Assembly (NCBI GenBank): GCA_976226885.1
Contig: OZ320317.1
Coordinates: 55,986,001 to 56,050,000 of the forward strand
Length of the DNA: 64,000 nucleotides
From: Iphione sp. A-MEVVRFRX5
Taxonomy: Eukaryota
Direction: 5' to 3'
In this document: one piece after another, positions 24,961 to 38,793 of the stretch
Layout: the number at the start of each line of letters is the position of its first letter
Numbering within the stretch: position 1 is the first letter of the stretch
Notes under the pieces: model-generated
What the model was told of the DNA's origin: nothing
What the model saw: the letters and a program-made list of their open reading frames with translations, nothing else
The model's database searches: none
Made by a program: the position numbers and the translations under genes

Positions 24961-26887
24961 ACCTGCACGTGTACTTGAAGAATGTGTGCTACAGATCTAT
25001 AAGCCCTCTTGGCACTGTAGACATGCCCTGGTCGGTCACGGATTGCAAAAATATAGTTTAGCTACAAATCGATCTTTAAAACCATGGAGGTTTTAAGCAT
25101 ATTCAAACCTTTTAGAAGAGAACATGTAGAAAAAAAAAACACAAACGCAGAAGTTCATGTCAACAGATCGGATTAACACATAGGGGTGGCGAAGTGCGTA
25201 CATGCAAACTTAAAGGCAGACAGGTGGAAGAGAGCGAGCTAGGAGGAAAACAAATGGGAGACGTAAACAAGCAGGTTTGAGTGATTGTAGCAAGCAGCAG
25301 GATAGTGAAAGGAATAAGGGGGAGAAGGCTGGCCAGGCTCCGGGAGGCCAGTGGCTCCCCCTAGTGCTGGCATGTGGTGTCTGTAGTTAAACAGCTGTGT
25401 GTCTTCCCGCACGTGCGCCATGTTAAGCAGGTAGCGCCGCCCATCGGCAGCAGGAGATAGCATAGGAGTAAGCTGCCTTACAGGCGACGCTTTTCTTCAA
25501 TCCTCAGTGGCGGTCGATTGGTCGCGGACAGAGCTGCTTAGTTTGATACTCAATACCAACCCAGGAGGGGATCAATATTGTCTTTGATATTTGAGCGTGA
25601 AGGGCTGATCGACAGTTTCCTTTATTCTTCTAAAGAGTCCCACCCGCTAGATGGAAGTCGACCCGGAGTACGGGTATTCTCTGTTGCAAAGAAGGCTGGA
25701 ATCTGTACGCACTAGTGGGTTGTTAACACCATACCCTATACCCTATGTATCTGTGCCCGTCAATCTTAAGCAATATATCGTGTAATCGCTGGTCCTCATA
25801 CTTTAACTACTACACAATTCGCATGAGGAAATGGTAACAACAATTCGCCGTGACAATCAACACCGAGCACCTTTCGAACATCATGACGTAACCACGGCAT
25901 GCCTGTCAAGAGGTATAACTGGCACCAAAAATGGTACAGTTCAACGCCACCTTAAGGGCATGTCCCTAATTGGGACATTTATCTTATAGGGATACTTTGC
26001 CAAAACAGATTCTGCTATATATTTAGGGAAACCTTTGATAGTCTTGATTGCAGGCTTTCTTTTGTATCTGGATTATGAACACAACTACAGTCACATTTAT
26101 CTATCACAACCATGGGTGGTTCCAACCGTCTTTTGGTCTGAACAGCAAGGAATCGGGGCTGTTGTGGGGTGTACAGATTTTATTCCAGCCCCATGTGGTA
26201 CACACACCCTTGTACGACCCTTTCGTAGCCATGTTTTCTGTCATTGTGTACCACCATGCATACCATCTTAACCAAAACACTATGGCGTATATGTGTCAAC
26301 TCGGTTTTTGTACAGAGCAATGTGACGAAATAAAAGCGTTATCAGCAAAATAATGACGAGCGTCATGTTCACCCAAACTGGAAATAAACAAAGGCTTCGT
26401 GTACCATGTATTCCCATTGGGTTGGTTCGATTTGGGCGGTACACGAACAACTCGAAAACATCCGGTTTTGGAGCAGGTGGCGCTGTATTGTCGTAGAAAA
26501 TGGACAGAGTGTATGCATTTCATCATACCATTAGTGTGGACTAAATAAGAGTCGAATAAAGAGAATACTGCCACGCGGAGAACCTGTACCCAGGAAATAT
26601 GGTTGGACTTGGAGGACTCACAATAGGGATGTTTACTGTGCGCACTAAGTCGCAAGCGGACATTACATATAATGTCGTATCTGCTGCTTGTGACAAGAAC
26701 CACAGAAATATTTTCTATCCATTTCAGCATACCACAGGGCCATATATATCCAGTAATGCTTCATATATCCTAGCAAATTGCCAACTCGAACAACACATTC
26801 CTGTCAACGTGGAAATGTAGAATGCATTCTAGTCCGCAACATATACATGTATATATGAACATGTAATTGGGATTACCAACTTGGGGT

Positions 26888-27240
26888 GGGGAGTTAGCTC
26901 AGTGGTAGAGCACTGGTCCACTGATTGAGAGGTCGCAGGTTCAATCCTGGGCTTGGGACTCTTGATCACGACCAGACAGATTTACTGTAGCCCCAACCCA
27001 GAGTGGTCCACGACTCGTAAAAAAGCCGTGGGTGTATAGGATTCTGTCCCTTATGCACAAAAAGACCCCAGAAACCTATTCAAAATAAGAGTAGGGGGTA
27101 ACCCCAGGTATTCTGGTCTCTCAATTCTCAACAATAGATGGTAGTATACTAGCCCAGGAGGATATGGAAGAGCTCTGTCATGTGATAGAGAATATCTAGT
27201 TCCTGGTTAAAGATACAATGAAATGAAAAAAAAAAAATGA
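26888..27240 (+). mobile_element. tRNA-derived SINE, full length, with Nin-like central domain
   Basis: Pol III A box TAGCTCAGTGG (26895-26905) and B box GGTTCAATCC (26938-26947). The body includes ccacgactcg...aaagccgtgggtgt...ctgtc...gcacaaaaagacccc...aagagtag. A-rich/AAATG tail. A second copy is at 4965-5238. Confidence 0.88.
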
Positions 27241-27849
27241 AAAACTGCGAGCAGGCATTGCTGATGTTGCGTCCATGACTAAAGACATGTGCTGCCATAT
27301 GCTTTCAGAAATAAGGAGCACACCCCATGCAGCACCGCTAAATCGTACGTTTCAAAACGGACAATGTAAGACCATCGCGATGGCTGTGCATCAGTGGGGC
27401 TGAGCCAGACGTTATCTGGCTTTAGCCTGAACTGCCGCCCTCCCCACCAAGCCTTCCTATCCGTCCACTCCTCGATCCGCCCTCTTCCGGATCGCTTTAT
27501 GGCCCCATTTTTTTTTTTAAGAAACAGGCTCCGTTAACGCCGCGACGCATGCGCATTGTCTTTTGACACGCGACTGGCCCAACGGCCCCTGGGAACATGA
27601 ACATGAAAGGGGCGGGGGCGAGGAGGGAGTGCAGCTTTAATATGAGCAAAGGTAGAGGTCTTGGGAGCGCGTGGGGTATATAGGACCAAGTGGATAAGGA
27701 ATAGGTATATTGTATGGAGGTGTCTGCAGTTTGAGGGTGAACTTAAAGACAGATGGAGTGGCAGAGGAGGGAGCAGAAGGGAGAAGAGAGGAACAGATGT
27801 GGGCTGATAACGTTATCGAGGCTTTGAGTAGTAATAGTGCAGCAAGCTA

Positions 27850-28950
27850 CATTATTGAGAAGGTGGAGGGGTAAACAGAAGGGAGGCGTCGACAAGCCTA
27901 GAATGGGCAGACATGAAGAAGCATGTCATAATGAGAGATTGAGGTTGGAGTAACGAGGGGATTGAAGGTAGGTTCAGAGAAAGTCTCGTGCATGTATGCA
28001 TGCGGTGGTTGGGCCCGCGCGAAGCGGCGACGTGTAACACGAGGGTTTGAGGAGACAGAACTGAACCGAATTGGATGGATAAAGAGGAAGCAATGTCTGA
28101 GGAAGGGATACAGACATATGGCAATAGGGGCCTGGGAGAGATTAGGTGATACAAACCGAAATTCCAGCGTGCTGTGACAGCTATTGAATTCACGCCACGA
28201 TCGTAGATAGTGACAAGTTTTTAGATCCCGTCGCATTACGGTATGATATATGAGGCTCGATATTGATATAGCCCGGGATTATGTTGGCATATCCTTGCTA
28301 GAGGGTGCTGTCGTTTGGGGCAGATACCGTCAGGGACCGTCGTTTCTGGAGATGGCTGGCAGGCAGTGTGTCTGTATCAGGGGCCTATCTCGCCCGGATA
28401 CTACCCCAATCTTCTGTGAATACCAATATTAATGTCAGCTCATCACATACAGTGTCACTTCCCTGTGTCAATGCCCTCCATCAGCAGTAGTGTTGGCGCC
28501 TTCCTAGCTTTGGCAACGCACCTGTTCAAGGACTTTGACTACATTCCTCCTGTCCTGGGAAATACGGATCCTATTAACTGAATTGACGAAACCTTTTCTA
28601 TTTAACTCCGTCCGTATCATTGTACTCATAAATTGTCAATATTATGGTTACACCAGCTTCCAGTCCGATACGTATTCCACATCATAGACTCCTCACACCT
28701 GTGTCATTTTGCCGAGCGTGAAATGGTCATATATTAATCCCTTCTTTCAATATTAGTAACCATGCTATTGATCTCAGAACATGTTATCACTAGTGCATCC
28801 TGCAGCACCAGTGTGACCCTGCCAACTTTACATAAGCCTTTATCCACGCTCCTTATCTCCCTGCCTGCCTGTCCATCGCTATTGCTCCGATTAGGCAATC
28901 TCTGTGCTATCCGGAAGCCTGCTTGAGCGGCCATGTCACAAGAACAGATT
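27850..28950 (-). mobile_element. Heavily degraded LINE RT region
   Basis: QAGFRI and IGLEAGV...IYEYND occur in RT order on the minus strand. Confidence 0.3.
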
Positions 28951-29480
28951 GCCGACAGCAATCAATGGTGGCCCATTACCGGGTGCCTGCCGTCAGTCAG
29001 TGCCACCAGTCACCGGGTGTCCATAGTCAGCCAATACGACCAGCCATGTGATTTCAACTCGCAGTCAATGGGACAAGTCCTGGGATGTCCCTGATACAAT
29101 TGTAGATTCGTGCATTTTTGTGTAACCATTGCACTCTGCGTGCAGGAGTGATTCGATACTCTTGTCCGTGAGTGTCGCCTGCTGCAGTGCCTTTCGCTGT
29201 CAGGTTGCAATGTTTTCAGATAAGATGAAAACCTCTACCCAGCTGTGGTCCCAGACAATGTGTCCTTGTGTTCCTAAACGTCTTTGTTCCGGTGGGTGTG
29301 ATGTTTTTGGCGACCATCTGTATTGCCCGTCGACAGGAACTGGATGAGCAGGTGGCACAACTCTGGGGCTTAATTCAAGTTAGAAGTGGACCTAAAGGCT
29401 GCCATCCTAGTACAGTAAAGCCTCGATGTCACTGTCAGCAAAGAGAATCCTAGCGTAGAAGCAGCTGAGAAAGAAAGATA

Positions 29481-29484
<4 letters not shown>

Positions 29485-29540
<56 letters not shown>
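29485..29540. repeat. (GA)n microsatellite
   Basis: Perfect GA run. Confidence 0.97.
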
Positions 29541-29541
<1 letters not shown>

Positions 29542-30150
29542 GGACAGAGGGAGGGAGGGAGGGGGAGAGGGAGAAAAAGGGGGTGAGAGAAAGGGAGGTT
29601 ACATCCAAAATGAATCGGTTTTATATAATCACAGATGTTTATTATCCCAAACACATAATACATTTGGCAGGCCATGTTTCCAATGAATGACATTAATGAG
29701 GTTCTGTGAAATCTTTGAAAAAGGTAGAATCAAATGTATTAAACTATATTCGAAAGATATCATTTCACCAGAAAAAGGGCCCACACGTGCCCCGAAAGCT
29801 TGTGATACACCACTACTTTTGAATCTGTTGGACTGTTTGCCATTAAAAACATAAACCGTTGCTAGCGAGTTCTCAGCCGTTTTATTCATTATTCATATAT
29901 TCGAAAGCCCTAGTAACAAAGTTTGGTCCATCAAGAGTTGGATTTATCAGTGGAGGACAGATCCACTATAGTACATATAAAATGTACATGAATGCGGAGA
30001 GTCTGACCCCCGCTCTGGCAGTAGTTGTGAGAGGTAATTAAGAAATCTTCAATCTCACTGATTTGTAAGCTGGTGTGAGGATGTATTATACACTATATGC
30101 TGAAAACTGCCTGGGTGTTTGGGGGAGAGGGCACCTCACATCCTACGGGG

Positions 30151-30428
30151 GAGGGGGCCAGTGGCAGGAGTGCATGCTTGTCCACACTGGTCCGCTATGA
30201 GGGAGGGGGCTAGTGCCGAGAGGAACTCCTGGTCCACGCTGGTCTGCTAGGGGGTGCTGCACCCGCAACAGATGAAGGGTTGCCTCACCTGCTATAGGGC
30301 AAAGGCGCTGCACCTACTACGAAGGAGGGGGCCAGTGCTAAGAGTGCATGTTGGTCCATTCCAATCTGTTATGAGGGAGGGGGGGCCAGTTCTAAGAGCG
30401 CAGACTGGCCCATGCTGGTCTGCTACAA
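30151..30428 (+). repeat. Minisatellite, ~50-bp GC-rich unit
   Basis: Recurrent gggggccagtgctaagagtgcatgctggtcca..ctggtctgcta. Confidence 0.7.
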
Positions 30429-30444
30429 GGAAAGATTGGCCCAA

Positions 30445-31005
30445 TGAGTCTGGAATATTTGAGATTTAGTATGCGATTGAGTCTGAGTGTAAATGTGAGT
30501 GTGTGTGTGAGTGAGCATGAATGTGAGTCTTGAGTGCAAGTCTGAGTCTGATTGAAGGTGAGTTTGAGTGTCAATCTTAGCATGAAAGTCAGTGTGATTG
30601 TGAATCTGAGTGTAATTATGAGTCTGGAGTGTGTGAGTGTTCAAGTGTGAGTGTGAGTGAATATGGGTTTCGGTGTGAGTCTAAGTATGTGCGTGTATCA
30701 GATGGTGAATATGAGTCTGAGTGTAAATCTGAATGTGAGTGAATATTATTGTGAATGTGATGCTAAGTCTGAGCATGAGTTTGGAGTGCCTGAGTGTGAG
30801 TGCAAATCATAAGTCTAAGTCTGAATGTGAGTCCGAGTTTCACACTGGAGTGTCTGAATGTGAGTCTAAGTTTGACATTGGAGTATCTGAGTGTGAGGGT
30901 TAGTCTGGAGTGTCAGATTGAATGAGATTCAGAATGTGAAAGCAAATTTGAAGTGAGTGTGTCTGAGTTTGAGTTAGGAGTGTGTGCAATCGAGTACGAG
31001 TGAGT
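30445..31005 (+). repeat. Degenerate (GAGTST)n hexamer-like satellite
   Basis: Strand-biased gagtgt/gagtct/gaatgt repeats. Confidence 0.75.
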
Positions 31006-31835
31006 GGTACACAGTTATGGCTCTTTTTACATTAATATGCATCAACGGTGACCGCCACGTGACAGCTACTGCTGCACACTACAAGTAGTTTATGATGAAG
31101 AACCCATGTATGTACCTCATCTGTCAAATTTTAAGGTATATTGAATATCATTGGAATAGAAATGAGAGGCTTTCATTTGGAAAGTAAGAGGAGGAGGACG
31201 CTTTACGAAGATACAGTTAGAAGTGTAGGTAGGTAAATCAGTCTAAGGCTCTCACTGTAGAGGTTAAGTCAAGGAAGCAAAGAAGTCATTAATTTTGGTA
31301 AGTTGAACGTGTAAATGAAGGTTCGTCTCGCAGGCAGGGGAATAAGTCTTGAAAGTTACCTGTAGGAGGGTGGGTTAGGTGTTTGAAGGTTGCAGGCTGT
31401 AACTACATCCGCCAAGGCCTGCGCGGCAGTCAGAAAAACCATCCTGACAGCACCCCATTGTTTGCATGACCTAACTAATTGGTTGGCCCGGCCTGTGGCG
31501 CCCCTTGAGGTCAAAAGTCGCTACCTGGGCCTCACGGGACGAGGACGTAAACATCGTCAGGGTACGGACGATAGGAGCGAGGGAGGAGCGATGATGGAGG
31601 GGTGGGCTTGTTTGACGGAGAAGGACGGGCTGCGCGGGAAGGGTTGAAAGGCGAGGATGGGGAACGTCGCAGCCACCCTCTGGGACTAGTCGACAAGAAA
31701 AGGGAGGAGGGGGGGCTGCATGTTATTTGGGGGTGTGGTTGGTGGATGATGCGATGAGGGGTGATGAAATGGGGATTTAGGATGGTTAGGGGAGGGGATT
31801 GAGGTCGGTGAAAGAGTCTAATAGAGAAAGGTTGC

Positions 31836-31838
<3 letters not shown>

Positions 31839-31916
<78 letters not shown>

Positions 31917-31945
31917 CAGAGACAGAGACAGGGACAGAGAGACCG
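31839..31945. repeat. (GA)n followed by (GAGACA)n microsatellite
   Basis: Direct reading of the sequence. Confidence 0.95.
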
Positions 31946-32399
31946 AGAGAAAGAGGGGTCACCGACGGTCTGCTACGAAGTGCGCTGATAGCAGAGAAAC
32001 ATCCCAGATGGGTAGTGATAAGTAGAGGAATTTCAGCTCAAAAGGATGAACGCATCCAATGACTGCCATGGTTTGCACAGACCAAAGCATTTCATGAACG
32101 CCGTCAAGGAATACCTTCGCCCAAACAGACCTGGCATGAGTGAACACACCATTCTCTTGATAGATGTCAAAGGTCACGGTAAAGGTTAGATGACCGATGT
32201 GGCTCGCCAAGGTCAATTGCCTCGGCGTCAATGATTGGCGGTTGGTGTGCCAAGGGTCAAGGTTCTGGTAATCCTGCGCAGGGCTTAGGGCAGCCACTGT
32301 CGGCGAGTGGTAGTCCACTGAACAGGTCACAATCCGAGGCAACTGTTAGGGAGAGGTGAACGCCGGACAGACCTTAGGAATCAGAGCAACTGAGAAGAG

Positions 32400-32740
32400 T
32401 TGATACGCAGAGTTGATACGCAGCTTCGTGTTGAGCGGTGTGCTGGGGCAGGCGGCTGACGTTAATCGCGCCCGTAGCGGAGGGAGGGGAGGATGGGATT
32501 GGGTAAGTCGTAGAATGTTGGCAGAGGTGGTATCAAAACAAGTGTTCGTAGATTCTAGAGGATTGTGAGGAGGGTAGAGAAAAGGGACCGGTTGCATTAG
32601 CGTGGCACTTAGAGGTAGCCGAGTTGGCTTCGTGAGGTATATCTTGCTTGGCATTTTGTAGCAGTGTCGAAAACTCCAGCAAGTTTTTTCGAGATCAGAT
32701 ATTGCAGAGATAAGGCAAAGCTGGGTTGATGGATGTCTCA
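32400..32740 (-). mobile_element. LINE ORF1 (gag-like zinc knuckle) remnant
   Basis: tgctggagttttcgacac(a)ctgctacaaaatgc reads CWSFRHTATKC after one frameshift (32651-32681), a CCHC knuckle. A later SAACP segment follows. Confidence 0.35.
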
Positions 32741-35700
32741 AAGAGTTAGAAGGTCCTTGGTTGAAGGCGAAGGCTTCTAATATGGTGTTGGAGGGCGGGA
32801 CTTGCTGGAGCCTCCATGGGGGCGGGTGCAGGTGTGGCTTCTAGGGATATGATCTTTTCGCACTGGTGCTCGTTAAGATGTTTTTCAGTGAACACATGAG
32901 TCTCGGACCAAGGTCAGCGGCTGACCAGCTGCTCCACCAACTATTGGTTCGGACTCGGTGAAGGGAAGGTCTGCAAGCCGGCACGCGCCTCTTGATAGGA
33001 CACGTTATCCTCTGACGGGCAGTTATCAGGCGGAGAAATAGCTGCCGGTGTCACTGCAACAGGCTTAGGCTCCTTTAGAAGTAGTATTCAGTTACACCGT
33101 CTCCGAAATCTGAGCTAGCAAATGGCTGGCTGTTGCATTTTCCAACTGAAGTGGCATTTGAACAAAAAAATCACCCAAATATCCTTCTGCTTGTTCTATA
33201 GCCTAGTGTTCGTCTGCATGTTAGTCTGTATTTCTTATTGTCATTCTGTAGCGAGTCAGTTTGTGAGAATATTGCTTACTCATATTTTTCGTCCTGCTGA
33301 CTTTTTGCCCATTTGCGTTTTCTGTGTGACCTCAGGGGCCGGCATATAGTTTGATGCTATACTATCGTATCGATCTATTTGTCTTTCGCTTTTAGCATTG
33401 TCCTTGAAACGCCTTTCCCTTAGGTTATTTCCCTGAAAGTGTTGTATTTGAAAGTATCATTCGCGGTGAACGTACGTCAAGAATAAACATATATACCCTT
33501 TTGGGGAAACTGATAAATCGAGGTATACTGAGCTTTTCGTTCTGTTGAAGTGTACGGGTACTGAGAGTTGGTTGACTGTCTAGATTTACTAAGAAGTGCA
33601 TTGTTATATGTAAGGGGAGTGGCTGTAATCACAGTTTCCGGGTGGAGTAGGTTTAGCTATAAGACTGTGTGTGCAGGCATGTATATCAAACGTTATCAGG
33701 ATAGACATGACAAGAGTGCCGCGTCTGTGAGAGTGCAATCGGAGTCACTGAGGGTTGCATGTTCAGCCTGAATCAGTGCTTACTTTAATCGGCGGGCCTG
33801 ATCCATGGCACACTTTCATACTACTACTATCTGGTGGTGTCCCCGGGACAAAGGGACCGGAGCAGCGTGCCACACCGGTAAATGCGATCCCTGCTGTATC
33901 CACACTGATAAACCAAGCACCACCATGCCGTGGCCCATATTGATACGTCATGGTGTAGCCCAAGGGTACACCCCACACAAATGTTTAACATCGTTGTGGT
34001 TTTGAAATGCCACCGCCATACTTTACAGTATTACTCTGGCAAACTGTTTTTGGAACCAAATGCACGTAGATATAAAATAAAAATAATTACAGAAAACATG
34101 TTTTGTAACGTAGCCTAGTGTGATCGTATGTAACAAGCCAGATAGTGGAGCAAGAAGAACTAAAGAAACAGGATCAGATATTCGTGATTTGGTTTGCCAT
34201 TTTTCTGCACACAAATTTGTGGCAGTGGGACAAATGGAGCCACCAACAACGCACGGCGGTGCAGAGAGAGCGCTGTCAAACTCGATATTGGAGTTGCTTC
34301 TAAACAGAATGTGAACGAATGCCGCATACTTTATTCATCAAAATCTCGCTGCAAATCAGAATTCAGTCCGTGTGAGATGACGTGAAAATCGATGGGGCTT
34401 TTCTTTATTTAGCTGCGCTAAGCTTGCCTTGTGTGGTTTGAGCTAAATATAGCAAGGGCCAGTGTGAAGCGCGTCGTGTCCGGCTATAGTTGCCTGTCGG
34501 ATGTGAGTGGGGTGTTGGTAAAGTGCCGTGTTTGTTTCAGGATATGGATGTGGTACATATGATATAAGATTTGCATAATGCTTGTGAAGTATCGAATGAA
34601 TACCCCGTGTGTTCACAATCTGTGCTTGGTATGCTACCAAAGGCAATGGAGATCTTACATTCCGCTGTTCCCATTCATGTGTAGAATGTATGTAAACTAT
34701 CTGTCAGTCAGTCTTGCGAGAGAACCAAATACTTAAAGTAAATAATTTGTTTCATATCAAATAATTTTCAGGTGCGAGTTCTCAATCCTCACTTTCAAGA
34801 CTTTTAGAAGCCATATGAAAGAATGAACAAGGCCCAAGTTGTAGTATTGGTTAAAGTGTGATGGATCCAAGCAGTGAATCCAGCGAGTTTATTCAAACCT
34901 TATATACAGTAGAGTGAGACATGAAGTAATGTGTGACGTCATCATGACATCATTGTTTCTAAAAAATAACTAATGAGCTCATGTCTACTGGTCAAGAGCA
35001 TACATTGTGTACATAAAGGAGAAATAAATTGATTAATCCACATAATGGAGTCAGAGTCATTTATGGAAGAACATTGATTATACCAACTAATTAGAATACA
35101 GAATAACTGACTCAAAAGTAGAACTGTTGATGAATATAAATGAATAACAGTGAAATAGCTAAAATTGAACAAGGAAAACCCTCCTCCCCACTTAATGGAC
35201 AGTCCCTATGCTCCAGGGGTCACCCTCCTACAAGGAGTGGTTGCTCCATTGATAACTAAGTCAAAACAAAGCTGTTCCATGTGAAAATTTAGGTATTGTA
35301 CCAGTTAATCAAAACAAAGTCTAGGCATTGTAAACAAAGCATTTCAGAGCTTTTATGAACATCAGACCATTACAATGGATAAAGTAGATAAGCCTTGTAC
35401 ATTGGAATTGATGGAAATCGCTTTTGTATAGTCAACTTTAAGGAAGGTGGGGCATTGTCGCCACACCTTTCTTCCCACCCTCTGAGATGAAAGAGCACTT
35501 ACAATCAAGTGTGGGCACAGTCGGGGCATGCCTGGGGCAGGGCTATCGAGTATACACTCTGTTATATCTTGTTTAATACCGCAAGATGAACCTCTAGAGG
35601 CGAGTGTTCATAATAGGTGAGTGTCTGAAATGGCCAGAGTAGCTTATACACGAAGTAGAGGGTTTCTGTACCATTTATTACAAAGTGCATTTGAAATCTG

Positions 35701-37859
35701 CTATGTCCAGAATAACCGGTCATCCGAAACGTAAGATTCCGCTGCATTGGTAGGGTAGGGATGAAACAGCATCTGATCATGACATAGGACCCTTCTCATG
35801 CTCCAAGGTGTTAGTGTTGTTGCCGTTTTCATGGAAAGGTTTGACATAATTAGCATGGTAAGCTTTGGCTACAGGTGATCAATTTTCTGCTAAGGATGAG
35901 CCATTATATGAATCTTCCGGCCTAGTTTTGCTAATTAGGATCATGTTCTTTGTTTATCATAGGCCTTCTCTTTTTAACAATGCACTTTGATTGACCTCTG
36001 ACCGAACAGTGTTATCCATTTTTGCATCTATCACCACCCTGCTCATCCCTGCAATGCGCTGTCGAGAAGAGACTTAGTCTAGGTGTGAGGACATTAAATC
36101 ATTCCTCAATTATTGTTCAGTTACCAGGTCTAGAAAGTCGGACATTCTGTTAGCCTCTGAGAGAGTTTTTAATTGGAAGGACATCTAACTTACCGATTTC
36201 TCTTATTACGATGGTTAATTGCCCCTTTAAGAGAAGAGATAGTGGACATTGGGAGTAATGTTTTGTAGAAGGGGAAGTGACTTTGTGTTTATTGAAGACA
36301 TCCTTGTTTGTCTTGCGTTATCCATAGTATAAGAAGCTCCCCTTGACATATTATTGTCTGAAGTGTCGTAAACAAATGGCGAAGCATGTATCGCTCTGTA
36401 TTGATTAGTGATGAGGCTAAAGTGTATCCTGAAAAGAGAAAAAGACGTCTTGATGCAGGCAAGTCTGACATATTTCCTCGGGCTGGTTTTATACCTTCAC
36501 CGGTGCGCTTTTTTGCTCCGCCCAAGGTCATTTCCAGGACCCAGACAGACGCCGTGAGCTTGGGACCTGGTTAGAGTGGCACTGTCCAAAGATTCAGCGC
36601 CCTTAAAATATGGACGCCAAGTGATCAGCACATGCATTGGTATTGTCTGTGTAGTTTTTATAGTGGACGGCCCCAAGATTCAAGGAACAGAGAAAAAACT
36701 TTACGTGTCAGCACAAGTAGCCGTGGGGACTGAGGGAAAGGCTCCACCGCCTTCCTCCACCCCCCGCCAGTCTGTCCCTGTTTGTAAGGCCCTTTTCGTC
36801 CCACCACTTCCCACCTATGGTGTCCCTTAATATCACCTTCCTGCTACAGCTGTATGTTGGTCTTGCAATGCCCTGGAGGTGCCGTGCGCCATCACCTCTG
36901 CCCCCTAACCTTCCAGCTAGGCTGTCAGCGCCCCAGCAGACCAGGGCAGCACCTACTTTGTCCTATTGTCGTATGCGGTCCTTCGCCCAGACCACTTTAC
37001 CCTTGCCCTAAGCAATTTGCTTTTCGCCCTACCATCCCCTGCTGTTATCATATCCATTACCTATTTGCATGGAAAAGGCTTCTTGATTTTTTTTGTGTTC
37101 ATGATATTTTTACATGTTGCTGTATGATTGATTCGTTTGGGGAAGTACATGAATTGCTCTCCCGAATGGACGGCCGTTGAATCGCCACGAGGGGTTTGGG
37201 GTGACATGCCGGATAGTCAAAATCAGCAAACGATTAAAACTTTTGATATAACAAGTCATGCGATATTTCCTCTTTTTGTGAAAGTAAATGGCGGCCAATT
37301 TATAAACAAAGAATATATGGGACGATCATGAACAAAAGGAAAAATATGGCTTCATACAGGACAGCAAAGCCTTTGTTGTCAATATACAAACACGCCCGTC
37401 GAAAATGAATGATGGTCTGTTGTTTATCAAATACCAGTGCAATTAGAGGAAAATTACTTGCAACATGTAATTTCGTCAAATTCAAAGATGTCTACCGATC
37501 AGCACAGGCGCACGTGTTTATTACAGGCATCGCCTGCTGGGTTTGAGGATCTGAGGCTGGTAGACCTGCCCTCTTCGCCACCACTGTCGGTTTGTGCTGA
37601 GTCGGCACAGCCCGCGGCCCTCGTCTGCCACGCCGCGTGCGTCTCTGTGCGTGTAGCTGTGTCCTCGTTTTTGGATCGTTGCCAGCCAATCGATCCATCA
37701 TGGCCGCCAAATTACAGATAATCGCGTCATGCTGTCGGCGGTCCTGGCAGGGGCGGACAGGGGTGGACCGGGCGGAGCGTGGAGGCAGGGGGTCGGGCAT
37801 TGTACGCGGGGCCCCTCTATGGCCCTTCCTTTCTTATGTGTTGCTAGAGTCAAGGTAAT

Positions 37860-38150
37860 CACTGGCGGAGTACCGGCTCAGGAATGCATAGGTCAGCAGT
37901 TGGGTCTTGAGAAGCGCCTCGCCCTGCTTTGGCTTTCCAGGAATTATGACCATGGCGGATATGACACTTGAACACCATCAGGCCTGGGGTCCGCTTCAGT
38001 TTGCCAATGTCAATGGCCTCATTATCAGAACGCAAAAAAGACCCTGGATTTAATATGGTATGGCAAGGTAAGGCCTTTGAGGCAAAGCAGCCCACCCAAT
38101 GTCCGTCACCCCTTCCCTACTCCTTCCTGACCACATGTCTTTATTTCTTG
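37860..38150 (-). mobile_element. Possible Gypsy pol (RNase H/integrase junction) remnant
   Basis: GCFASKAL, FLRSDNEA, FKCHIRHG and LCIPEPVLRQ loosely follow the AYASR.L / TDH.AL / F.I.HRPG / L.IP...R order. Confidence 0.3.
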
Positions 38151-38793
38151 ATTGCCTTCTAGACCGAAGCCATTTTCTTGGCTTCATTGGTTCCATCTAC
38201 TGTCACCCAGTGCTGTCTTTCAAAAACATTTCCTGCAACATTTATTTTGTCCGTTTACTACAAATTGCATGTGCCTAAGCCCTCGTATTCATCAGAACAG
38301 TACCTCCTTGGTAGTCCTTTATCACTTCCTGCTCACTTGCTCGTCTAATTTTCCCCCTGCCATTGTTCTGTCGTATATTTACTTTCGCGTTCCATGTGAG
38401 TCACCGCTGCTTCTTCCTGTTACCTTCAGCACCAGTCCCTCTGCTTGCCACGAAAACAAACCGCCCTTGCGTACAATCCTCACTGCTCATTGCGTGCTGT
38501 TTACCTGCCCCAGAATGCTGGGCGACCAAAGTGATTGGAACGCCCACAAAACAATAGTGTCCGTCGTTAGCCCTGTTTAACTGCGGTCTGACCCCAACAT
38601 GACTTGCTGCCCGACTGGCTTGACCTGCCTGACCTTCTTTGACCTATAGCTGACCTGGCCCATCAGAGGTCGCTACCCGCGGCGCGTGCCTCATGTGCCT
38701 AATTTGTGGTCAAGGGTAACCATGGTAACGCACTGATATGCCAGACCCCATCATGGGTACACAACAACTGCAGTCCCTGCCCGTAAACCCTAC

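Noticed and set aside
25899-25913. ATG CCT GTC AAG AGG (MPVKR), resembling the ERG start MPVRR
   Set aside because: It lies downstream of the PAS exon, the similarity stops after 5 codons (no GHVAPQNTF), and the nearby donor is in the wrong phase. Treated as coincidence.
26296-26730. Minus-strand ORF with HYFADNAFIS, loosely like piggyBac DN.F.S
   Set aside because: A single weak motif with no TTAA-flanked TIRs found.
26888-26960. Apparent tRNA gene
   Set aside because: A/B boxes and D/T arms are present, but there is no proper acceptor or anticodon stem. It continues into a repeat body, so it is a SINE head.
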